Below, piece after piece: positions 10,965 to 21,565 of a DNA stretch of 25,323 nucleotides (positions are counted from its first letter, which is position 1; every line of letters begins with the position of its first letter). The stretch is from positions 124,001 to 149,323 of the forward strand of contig JALDZS010000040.1 in the NCBI GenBank assembly GCA_022813965.1. Reading direction: 5' to 3'. The translations under genes and the position numbers were made by a program. The stretch comes from Toensbergia leucococca. Lineage: Eukaryota. The notes beneath the pieces were generated by a model. The model did not search any database and was not told the origin of the DNA. It worked only from the letters and a program-made list of their open reading frames with translations.

Positions 10965-12869
10965 ATGGCTACCGGTCTTGAAGCCGCAGCGACCGTTTTC
11001 GGCATTGTCGGCTTCTCAGCCCAGGTTTTTGATGGTTGTATCAAAGGCTTCGTCCTTCTTTCTAGCGCTCATAATCTTGGTCGTGATGCCGACATGTTTC
11101 GATGCATGTTGGACTGGGAACAGTTTCGACTCGAACAGTGGGCCGAGAAAGCTGGCTTGCAAGACAAGGAGAAGGCTGATTCAAGCCTTGATTGGAAGCT
11201 CATCAGTACCACACTTGAGCATATCCAGACCCTAACCAATGATACGAACCTCCTCAGGGAAAAGTATAAATTGGTGCTCGTCCAGCCTTCATCATCAAAA
11301 CAGTCTTCTGGCATTGATGACGCAGAGAAAGCATCTGTGAGTCGCTTCAAAAAGCTCTTTGGTCATTCGGATCAGAGAGTCTCCTCGGCTACAGCCAAAG
11401 TAATTCAATCGAGGAACAGTCCATTGCAGAAATTGTGGTGGGCAGCGGTTGACAAGGCAAGTCTCAAACGGCTGACTGATGACATTTCCCATCTTACTCA
11501 ACGCCTTTACGATTCGTTGAATCTCTCAATTCAATCCCAGATGAAGGCTGCTGTAGACGAGTTACTGCGAGAGGCAGTGTACCGAAGCGATACTGCGCTT
11601 GAATACGAGGTCCTCGAGCAGTTAGGGCCAGTTCCGGAAAAGCCAAAACAGGGGGAGACAATCGAGGAACAGATTCAGAGAAACAGACCACTGTACCCAG
11701 CCATACGAAATGGCAATTCTGAAAAGGTCGAGTTCCTGCTTGATAAGGGAGGTGCAGATATTGAAGGCCGCGACTTTTGTGGGTGGTCGCCGCTTATCCG
11801 AGCCGCAGAAGAGGGAAAGCTGGCTGTGGTAGAACTCTTGCTCAAAAAAGGTGCGAATCCATTGAATGGCACTCTTGGCCATCTTATGGGTCGTATGCCA
11901 CTGCACTTTGCCGCCGAAGAGGGGCACGAAGAAGTTGTGAAACTACTGCTTACGTTGAAAGACGTTAGTCCTAATCTGGAGGACAACCGAAACGAGACTG
12001 CCTTGTTCAAAGCTGCCAGGAGTGGGAAGCTGGGGGTAGTGCGACTGTTACTTGGTCAGGATGGCATCAAAGCTGACTCGACTAGCAAAGATGGCTGGAC
12101 GCCACTTACAACAGCGGTGGTCAAACAACATAGTGAGATAGTGAGAGCTTTGTTGGCAATGCCAGAAGTGAATCCCAACGCAATGTCCTTGGAGCAGGCA
12201 CCACTATGGATGGCGGCTGCGACCAGGCTCGATATAGTCCAGCAACTTTTAGGCCGGCCCGACATTAACATTAATCAGAAAAGCCGTCGTGGGGAAACCG
12301 CCTTCTATAGAGCAATTACTTGGTCTCAAATCCCTATAGCTCAGTTATTACTAGATAACCAAGCAGATCCTAATATCGCGGATGAGGCAGGGAGAACCCC
12401 ACTGTCGGTGGTAGCAGCTAAAAGCAATGACAGATCAATGGAATTCCTACTGGCTCTGCCCAACCTTGTAATAGACCAATTCGATCAATCATCCCAGACA
12501 GCTTTGGTGCATGCCATTCTCACTGGAGAAACAAACAATATGAGATTACTACTAACAAAAGGTGCTGATCTGGAGAAAGTAAATCAGGAGGGCAATACCG
12601 CCCTGGGGCTGGCTGCCGCCAAGGGGCATAAAGTGATGGTGAAGGTCTTGCTAAAACATGGAGCCAAGATCAATGTGCAAGACAAAAAGGGCAACACGCC
12701 GCTAGCTCTAGCGGTCGAAAATGGACATGACCCAGTTGTAAGGCTTTTGCTGGAGAACGGCGCTGATACAGAAGTAGCGGATGTTGATGAGGAAACGCCA
12801 TTTGAGAAAGCCAGGGATCGGCATCTTGATTTGGTACTCAAAATGTTCAGGGACGTTCTGACTGTCTAG
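10965..12869 (+). CDS. HeLo (prion-inhibition and propagation, HET-S-like) domain fused to ~11-12 ankyrin repeats, 634 aa, intronless
   Basis: N-terminus MATGLEAAATVFGIVGFSAQVFDGCIKGF...LGRDADMFRCMLDWEQFRLEQWAEKAGL and KLWWAAVDKASLKRLTDDISHLTQRL follow the HeLo pattern. From ~11680 there are successive G-x-T/S-P/A-L...A...G...VV.LLL..GA ankyrin units. First ATG of ORF 10866-12869 is at 10965. Confidence 0.88.
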   Translation: MATGLEAAATVFGIVGFSAQVFDGCIKGFVLLSSAHNLGRDADMFRCMLDWEQFRLEQWAEKAGLQDKEKADSSLDWKLISTTLEHIQTLTNDTNLLREKYKLVLVQPSSSKQSSGIDDAEKASVSRFKKLFGHSDQRVSSATAKVIQSRNSPLQKLWWAAVDKASLKRLTDDISHLTQRLYDSLNLSIQSQMKAAVDELLREAVYRSDTALEYEVLEQLGPVPEKPKQGETIEEQIQRNRPLYPAIRNGNSEKVEFLLDKGGADIEGRDFCGWSPLIRAAEEGKLAVVELLLKKGANPLNGTLGHLMGRMPLHFAAEEGHEEVVKLLLTLKDVSPNLEDNRNETALFKAARSGKLGVVRLLLGQDGIKADSTSKDGWTPLTTAVVKQHSEIVRALLAMPEVNPNAMSLEQAPLWMAAATRLDIVQQLLGRPDININQKSRRGETAFYRAITWSQIPIAQLLLDNQADPNIADEAGRTPLSVVAAKSNDRSMEFLLALPNLVIDQFDQSSQTALVHAILTGETNNMRLLLTKGADLEKVNQEGNTALGLAAAKGHKVMVKVLLKHGAKINVQDKKGNTPLALAVENGHDPVVRLLLENGADTEVADVDEETPFEKARDRHLDLVLKMFRDVLTV

Positions 12870-13692
12870 GCTCTAATATCAATTCGAGAGCGGATTTTCA
12901 AAATCTATGGTGCAACCTTTACCTCAAAGGTCTTTTCTCGATAGTAATCAAAAGAAGGGCTATGGCGCATAGCTTGACACTCTGATTGTTTTTGACGGCT
13001 TCAAGCAGTTCCGCAAGCTCGGTTGTGAGTGCGCCAATTCTGGAGGACAGCCTCGATTTGGCGATGTATCAGAAGCAGAAGGAATCTCGGGATAGAGCCA
13101 GAGTAACATGCTTTGGAATCTGGATACATCGGTTGAGAACTCTCGAAAGCGCCGTGGAAAACAGCTTGACTCTTCAACTTCTCGAGTAACCAAAGACATG
13201 GGAGAAGAAAATTGGGCTGGCAAGCACTTGGACCAAGTGTCCTCAACAGCGGCAATGGGAAACAAAATAAGTGCTTGGTATACTTATTCCAACAACAGAT
13301 ACTCGCAAACGGAAGTGTAAAGGGATGCATGCTTCGGTGCCCGAGTTGGATTATGAAGCTTTGAGGTGGGTATTTTACTCAAGCGTTTGATAACCCAGGA
13401 TAGAATACTGTAATTTAATGGGTAACTTATCTGTAGATACTCCATAGAATAGCAGGCAAAGCAGGTGGAGTCCTTCAGGTCGTGGTGTATTATTCGTACA
13501 TAGATCAGTAATCTAAATCAGCGTTAGGTAGCTAACAACGAGTGATTATCCGGGACTCGGCCTCAGAATTCATATGTGCAACATGCTGTCAATGATGGAG
13601 CCGACTGCTGTCTTTTTCTCTTCTACCTTCTACCAACTGCTTCGTGCCCTTGGTAAACCCATAAGAAGTTCTAGCTTCTTGCCACTCTCACC

Positions 13693-14569
13693 ATGAAGCT
13701 GCTTGGTCTTCACGGTAAAGGCACAAGTGCATCAATTTTTAAGTCACAGACCTGTAAGCAAATCGAACCCCCAGCCATGTGAAGCACCCAGACTGACATC
13801 TCACCCATCTCCAGCCGCCTTCCGCTCCAAACTTGGTCCCGATTTCTCCTTTGACTTTGTCGACGCCTCTTTTCCCTCGACTCCTGCAGCCGGTATTGAC
13901 TTGTTCTACAACCCTCCATACTATGCATTTTGGAACAGCCCAGCCGCCAAAGACATACGGGCCTCACACAAATGGCTGCTTGAAAAGCTCAGGAGAGACG
14001 GGCCCTATGATGGTGTTGTCATGTTCTCCCAAGGCTGTGCTCTCATAGCCAGTTTCATTCTTTATCACCAAGCCGAGACACCACATTTGCCGCTCCCCTT
14101 CAAGGTAGCAATCTTCATCTGTGGAGGCGTACCGTTACCAGTGCTGGAAGATCTAGGATTGCCGATCTCACCAGAGGCGCGTGAATGGGATTCTAAAAGT
14201 AGCAAAGACTTGCAAAAGATAGCAGCTTCTGTCGCAACAATGCAACCAGGGGTCGATCGATGGTTCAGAAAAGATGACGAAGCCTTCGATCTAGACACTC
14301 CCATCAACCATTCCAATGTTTATGGTCTCGACTTTACTCAATTCCCCTCTGACATTCGCATCAACATACCCACAGTACATATCTATGGCTCTAAAGACCC
14401 CCGATACCCAGCCTCAATACAATTGGCACAATTCTGCAAACCTTCGGTGAGAAGAATGTACGACCATGAGGGTGGGCATGATGTTCCGCGGACAACAGAC
14501 GTTTCGGAGAATATTGCCGAACTGGTCAATTGGAGTGCCATGATGGCGGATAGATGGAATGACTGTTGA
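13693..14569 (+). CDS. FSH1-family (DUF341/LovG-like) serine hydrolase, ~271 aa
   Basis: Exon 13693-13753 (MKLLGLHGKGTSASIFKSQT), intron 13754-13814, exon 13815-14569. Motifs FDFVDA, GPYDGVVMFSQG (Ser), PTVHIYGSKDP (Asp) and HEGGHDVP (His). Confidence 0.9.
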
Positions 14570-15612
14570 TTGAAGTACATTTTCAATAACCCCTGGACCC
14601 TTATTTCCATCATGGATTTCGAGTTTCTCCCTCGTCGGCATCTTCTCTATATCAATTTCCCCTGTTTCACGATTTTGGGGCGTAAATAGAAATGATTTGT
14701 AGCTCACGCTAAAAGTTATAATGACCGCAGATTTGGATTGTACTAGCATTGCTCAGCTAATCTATATTCTCAGATGTCTCACTTCTTCAATCTCATGTGC
14801 ACCAGTCATTTGTCTTGGAAAACGCGTCATCGTTCTTGGTCCATTGAGCACCAGACATTCTTGAAGCCAATGTTTTTTACTAGATTTTGAAAATAGCGCT
14901 GCGGGATGATGTCGGAGGACAGCAATGCCTCTATATGGAGGCGAAGAGCCATTCGTCGGCTCCTTAACATTAACATGCAGGATTAAGAATGATCTAATGC
15001 AATAGGTCTAAATGCTATGAGATTTGACATTTTCTGAGCGTTGATTGAAAATATCGCGTTACCAAGGAATGCGTGGAAGTAGGCGGAATAAAGGGCTGAG
15101 TGTGCCACGTTGTGTTTCCAAAACCAAGGCTCTCAATATCAAGCCAGCCTTTGACTGCTTGAAAAAGGGTAATCTGAGTTGTCGCAACTTCACAACTAAT
15201 TCCTTGGACTTCTATAGACGGCTGTAAATGCTGCTTGATTGTTCCAGATGCAAGGTACCTTGGTGTCCGCACGCTTTTTAGCTTGGAAAGACTTTTCCTT
15301 CTGCATACACAGGAACCCGGAATCTATGTCAATATTTCTCAGTCACAGCTTGTTGCAGTTGATCAAACCAGCTACTTGATCTGAAGGATTTGAATTTGCG
15401 AAACAGCTCATCAATAGAGCAATTTACACAGTTTACAATGCGTCCACCAGAAGACGCGATGCTCGCGACCCGATCCTATCAGCGCCTAAGAAAATGTGGG
15501 TCTTGCGCAACTGACCTTGAGGTGTTGTTAGCTTTGTTAGCATCAGATGCGACAATGGTATATGCCTACCTACCTATATATTCTCGGATGATGGGATTGT
15601 AGCTATGGATTT

Positions 15613-16942
15613 ATGATCATGTCACTTCAAACGGTGATACCCATCGCCCCTACGCCCCCAGACTTCTATCTCTGCGACATCAAGTACGGAACCGGTATTT
15701 TGGCCTCGGACTGTCTGATAGCACTGGCAGAGCTGCCACGTGGCCAGAGTCCAGTCTCGTATGGGCTAGAGGGTAGTGTACGTGGGGAATCTAACAGGCT
15801 GCCCTTTAGTGTGAAGTTCGGTTTGTTGTCAATGCCGACTCAAATCTCTTTGCTTTCTCGTGTTACTAACCATGTCGCTCTTTATTGCCAGGCACATGCA
15901 TGATCTCGGTCGAACACGCAGGGCCCGACCTCTTTGCCATTCAGCCATTTCAGCTTGTCCCAGACACGATTCGCGCCATGGCAGCATATGTTATAGATCA
16001 ATGCGCCAATATGAGACGTACTGTTGGGGGCTTCATCACCCACGGCATGGAGCCGTTGGTAAACCTCATGACCTTGAGCGGGTACTGGGATAACCCTCTT
16101 TACTGTAAGTAAGCATTCATGCTTGAGAGGCTGGATGCTATGTCTACTGATATGAAGCCGTAAAAGTAAGTCGGGGCTGGTTCATAACTGTCGCCATCAC
16201 TGGTCCAGATGCTAAGTTTTTCAAGCCTGGGGACACGGACCCCGAATCCGCCGAACCTGTTCGAACAGCCGTGTACGATCAGTGGATCACTGAGCCTTAC
16301 ACAGGCATGATGACATATTGGGGGGAGTACCTTTCGAACCTCGTTGGTAGGGAACGTGGAATGTCGCGAGGTGGCACGCAGACGTGGTGGAGTCATGTCC
16401 CACCGTGGCCTTCTGATGAAATGACCTATGAATGTGACGCCGAGTTGCTTGGAAGCCCTTCTCTGGTGGACTGTTCTCAAATTCAATGGCAAGGCCTCGG
16501 TCCTTCCGAGGAGAATGTAATACTTGAACCTGAGTCGACCAAGTTTTTTTCACACAGTAAGGTCCTTGACCCACCCTTGAACAAGCACAAGGTCAATAAG
16601 GCTTCAACAGATTCCTGCGCTCTCGCCCTATCCGCATCCATGGCTCTGACACTACCCTGGTCTCGGCTCCAGACCGCCTTTGACACGCTCATGAACGTGT
16701 GCGTCGAAAATCCCACTCATCCCCCTCAGGGAGGGAGAGCTTTCTTCGGTGCTCCGTCGTTAAAGTCTTTGAAATGGGGGAAGAATAGGAGGCGAAGGAG
16801 GGACACGGCCGTTACGGGGTTGGATGCTTTGCCTCCGAATGTAAATGTGACGTTGTTTGGTATGCAAGCTGGTTCGACGCTGCAGTGTGTGTGGCAGGCT
16901 GTGCAATATGGGCGATCGGATGGACTGCATTGTGGCTCATGA
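15613..16942 (+). CDS. Hypothetical protein (~383 aa) with two tandem Cys-patterned domains
   Basis: Exons 15613-15820, 15892-16104, 16158 (or 16167)-16556 and 16611-16942 join ORFs 15613, 15885 and 16271 in frame. Repeated pattern C..x12..DC...C...C..GG. The start codon is uncertain and no clear signal peptide is visible. Confidence 0.7.
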
Positions 16943-17935
16943 TATTGGAATCAAAAGAGCGCATGAGAGTATGTTGCACTTTGAGAAAATTACTCTGTGA
17001 TGAATCGATCATGTCTCTATAATTTGGAAATCAGTCCCAAGAGTATTCATTCCGGATCCCATAGGTGATCATCTTGAAAATAGAACCGTGTTGATGACGG
17101 TTGATTCTATAGCTAGGTAAGGAGGAGAACTGCTACTTGGAGGGACCTCGCTAAGTATAAGGGCTAAAGAAGTGCAATTTTCCCAACAGATCTATGGGTC
17201 GTGCAAACCTATTTAATAGCAATTGAAGATAGGGCGGGGGATGAAGCTGTTGCACGATTTTTAAAGTAAGGATACCTACAATCAGTTCAAGCGCCTTTGC
17301 AAGATGTGATAAATAGGTAGGTCATACCTTGCTCTTACTCAGTCCCTATCTATCTATACCTATCATTACTTTTTTCAACCTTCCCCCCCTCACCCCCCTG
17401 AATTTGCATACAATAGTATGTAGTTCTTTCTCATTCTTTATTATTCTTTCTGTTATTTCTTCCGCCATTCTTTCATTCAACCTCCCCATCTAAGAAAGAG
17501 AAAGGCGTCATTTGAGTTGCATTCAGTAATCTGATGCTGTCAAGATCTTTGCATTATGTTTAGGTACATGAGGTGCATCAATGTGTTTCCCTTTTTTTCT
17601 TTGATGAGGTAGGTAGGGTAGGGTAGGATGGGAGTTCTTTGTCATTATGTATGAATCGTCATCTATCTAGATTGTAGAAATGGGTAGTGAGATGTGTATG
17701 TTGTGGGCGCCATGTGAATAGGTACCTGATATGGTGGACATAGTCAACAAGAGATGAATACCTAGGTATGAGGGCATAGATGCCTAGACGCCTCTCAAAA
17801 AAAGTGATCAAGTATACATTTTCAGAAAAAGAGAGAGTAAAACTTCTTGGCTTAGTGGACTATACAATACACAACGGACTCCGGTTCCCCTTGCCCAACC
17901 CATCCCCCTCCCCAAAAAGAAAAAAAAAACAGTAC

Positions 17936-19886
17936 CTAGTACGCAGAATAAGCCGGCAACGCATCAGGCTTGATATCATACTCCGGCTTCAAAATCTCGC
18001 CATACGCAGGGGGATCGACCGGATAAACACTACCGAGCAAATCCTCCACCACCATCCTCTCGCACACTCGCCCATGCACATCGTAGAATCCCACATGGGG
18101 GTTGAAATGCGCCACCCTTTCCAGCTCGATGGCATGCGAGTGATGATGAGGGCAGTTTTCCATACCTACGAGCGCAATCGTCACGTACGCCCACGTTTCG
18201 CCGAGGAGTTCGAGTTCGAATTCGTCCATGTCATTCGCTTCACCGTCCAAGAAGACGAGGAGTGAGAGCTTGGGCATACCAGGTGTTGGCTGCCAGCCAT
18301 AGACGTTATCCCATCGACCATGACCGGCCGAGGCGTGTTGTTGGCGGAAGTAGGTGTTCTTTACAACTTGCCAGCCTTGCATGACTTGGGTACCACCACC
18401 AAGACGAACTTTGGAGGCCCAATCTCTCTGAAAGCTTGTGGCGGAGAGTTGGCCGATATAATTGCCCTGGGTAGAGAAAGTGACAGTTTCGATGCCTTTT
18501 TGGTTGGCATGTTCGCGTTGTGCACGAGGAATCATATGGTGAAGGACGCGGTGGACAATGTGATTGACTAATACAATATTAGAAGGTTGGTCATGGTAAC
18601 GCATCATGCCATCAGGTCCTCGGATGCCACCATGAGGGTTCCAGGTCATGGAGCCGGAAACATCAATCAGAAGCATTGTTTCGAGGTGGTCCGTACCATG
18701 AAGAATGCCGTCTGCGAGTTCATGAAGAGCCTTGGTACGGGCCGGGTCGACTTTGTTTGGGACTTGAGCGGAGTATTCATGGTTTTGAATCTGTTTGTCG
18801 CTCTGGAAGACGTCGCCGGGGCTTTGGTAAGCCGCCAATTTGTCCTGATCAAGTTTGATTTGGCGAGCGTTTCGTTCATTGCCTCGTCGTATTATTGTGT
18901 TTCTATCTCGAAGAATATTCAACGGTCGCATGGGCGCGTGTTTCGATCCATCGGGTGTTATGCCATTGTTGAGGAGATAGTATAACCTCTTCTCCGCCGG
19001 TGTCTCCCAGTAAGACCCTTCGGGATAGGGGTATGCTAATCTCCTACTTTGAACCCAAGAGGTTGGAATTGGCTCCATGTAGCCTTTGGTCAGAAACCTT
19101 TTGAACTGCCTTGGATGCGAGCCATGTAGATATTCCCAATGCTGCACCATGCGTGTGGCTACCCAATATCGCATGACCATATCATAGGCTGGAGAACCTG
19201 GAGGTCCCCACCGCCCGGTCATCAAATTGTCTGCTTTCAATGTGTTGTCTTGCGTCTTTTGTTCTTTGGTCTTTGAATCGCCTCCGAGGGTAGAGAACCA
19301 GCGTCGAAGAGAGCTTACTTCACCTAGACAATGTGTTAGCGTCTCGGACTCAAGTGGCCAATCAAGGTGCATATGACTTACGGTCTTCTTTTTGCTGCAT
19401 GGGAGCTCCAGTTTGCGGGGCCGCGTTTCTTTGTAGTTTGTTGGGGACTAGAGAGGGCTTCTCCGGAGGGGCTTCAAATGGCGATGCCTTGGCGGAAGCT
19501 GAGAATGGATTGCTGGCAGAAGAAGCTATAGTATGATCGTATGCTGGAGGAAAAGGGTCTGCTTTGGAGGTGGAGCTGGATGACTGCTGTGACTCGATGC
19601 AGGCGGCGACATGGGCTTCTCGTACGGATTCGTTGCCATCAAATTGCTTTCCCAGCAGCGACATGTGGCAGATTGGACACTCGTCTTCTTCTCGAAGTTG
19701 TGATGGCGGGTCCATGTTGGTGAAAACCTTACCAGAAGGTTGAGAAGGGTGGCTTGAGTAAGTTGTAGAGGTTGAGAGTCGAGATTGGATGCAGTCGTTG
19801 ATGTGTTTCTCAGCAGCTGTGTTGGTGCCGTCGTTGTCTGGAGGGAGAGAGTCGTGGCAAATGGGGCATTCATCTTCGTTTTCCAT
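17936..19886 (-). CDS. vWA-domain protein with two N-terminal C-x2-C-x17/18-H-x3-C zinc-finger-like motifs and PPxY/LPxY motifs, ~630 aa
   Basis: Exons 19886-19382 and 19323-17936 with a 58-nt intron (GTAAGT..CTAAC..TAG) join ORFs 19362-19886 and 17936-19372 in frame. MIDAS motifs LLIDVSGSM, GGGT and LLVFLDGE. ECPICH occurs twice. Confidence 0.85.
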
Positions 19887-20518
19887 GTTGCTTCACTGTG
19901 CTTTCTACGGAGTAGGCTCTTCACATTCGCGATTGGCGAAGGTGCGTGAATAGATAAAATGAGGTGAATTACAGGGAGGGTTACACGCTCCATGGTCATT
20001 AAATGACGCATCATCTGCTCCCCCGCAGGTTTGCTACGCTAGGATCGGGCCTAGTACGGAGTAGAATAATTATCACCTTTCAAGCCAATGAAACGGACTC
20101 AGCCTTTTACGAGCTTAAGGTACCTCCCACGCCTCCCTCCTCCCTTGATGCTTCGCCAGCCCTAATTATCACGGGGTTATGATGAGGTGTATTTGCTTCA
20201 TTCAGCCCAAGTCTGAAAGTACTCGAGATACTTTTCAAAACAAGCGCAGTGAAGATTAGGATAGCCAAGGTACTGTTGCTTCGTCGATGCAAGAACCATG
20301 AAGCTACTTAGGTAGGCACCTTAAGAGCTTAGCACTCTCTACGGTACTGAACTAGCCCTGTGACCTGGCCAAGCCCACATGAATTATCAACTCTATTTCT
20401 TCCTTTCATTATTTTTCCTTCAAATTGTTTGGAATCAAAACCATCTGACGCCTCGTCAACGTTGCAACCAAAGCGCCTGCAACATTAGATGACGCTTCTT
20501 GATCTTTGCACAGAAAGA

Positions 20519-21565
20519 ATGACTAGCCGCTCTGGATTATCAAACAGTTGGAGGGTAAAATCCGACAACAATCCTGTGCCCAATAATCAACCACTTCAAA
20601 CGTCAATTCCTACTAAACGATATGATCAAAGCTATCGAAACAAAGGTCTAGAATCGACCCATCAGTCAAATCCTTTGGCAGATCGCCTGATTAGATCCAC
20701 TCAGTCCAACGGAGATAACCCTGACCTCCAGATCCGAGGCGAGGATGACCCTAAAACTCTTCAAGCCATCGAAGAAGGCCGGCGCCTTTACGTCGGGAAT
20801 ATGCCCTACATGGCTAAACCAGAGGACGTAGAAGCCTTGTTCACCGACGGCGGATACCCCTCGTAGGCTCTGTCTTCTTGCCCGCAGCAATTACTGACCC
20901 GCCTTTCCAGTACCTACATAAACATGTCCATTGACCCATTCACCGGCCGTAATCCATCTTACTGCTTCGTCGAGCTCCCAACCAAAGATGATGCCGACCG
21001 TGCAATGCAAATCTTGAACGGCAAAATTATCCTCGGTAGGCCAGTAAAGCTAGGACCTAGCGTAGTGCGTACGAAAACAAAACCCTGGACTGCTAAGCTA
21101 CCCTCCCGTGATGTCTCCTTTCAGAGATGGACAAGAACCGATGCAGCCAATCGATGGAAAGGGGAGGAGGCAGCCCCTGGGTGTCGCTTATTCGTCGGGG
21201 GTCTACCACTGATGGCAGGACATGATATGGTGGACGCTCAAGTGCGAGCTTTCTTTGTGGGCTACAATGTGTAAGTTCTCTACGCTACAATTTCTAACGC
21301 CTTGATAAGTTTGGAGAAAACTACTCACATCTTCCCAAACGAAAGTGAGGCTGTCAGTAAAGTCGTTATTCCACCTGGGCATAACGGAGGCAACGATCGC
21401 TATCTCTTTGTAGATTTTCCCAATGCAGATGAAGCTACCAAAGCTATGGATGCGACGAACGGCAAGACAAATTGGGGGGTTAAAGTCCGTGTGAATAAAT
21501 CCAGAAGTTACTCTAAGAAAGTAGAGGAGAGGGAACGATACAAGAAGGAACGGGACCTAGCTTGA
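20519..21565 (+). CDS. RNA-binding protein with two RRM domains, ~307 aa
   Basis: Exons 20519-20862, 20911-21270 and 21346-21565 splice in frame. RNP2/RNP1 pairs LYVGNM / PSYCFVEL and LFVGGL / DRYLFVDF. An alternative in-frame ATG lies at 20489. Confidence 0.9.

Noticed and set aside
12900..13400. Several overlapping 67-109 aa ORFs downstream of the HeLo-ankyrin gene, checked as a possible partner or amyloid-motif gene
   Set aside because: No recognisable domain, amyloid-like motif or consistent splice model in the frames examined.
14750..15600. Short ORFs between FSH1 and the Cys-domain gene
   Set aside because: No motifs and frequent stops. It could be a decayed gene, but nothing is supportable.
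17250..17800. Recurrent TAGG/CCTA motifs
   Set aside because: Scattered low-complexity intergenic motif seen throughout the window, not an ordered array or telomeric repeat.
17780..18985. Plus-strand ORFs of 161, 83 and 132 aa
   Set aside because: Antisense shadows of the vWA gene with no independent coding features.
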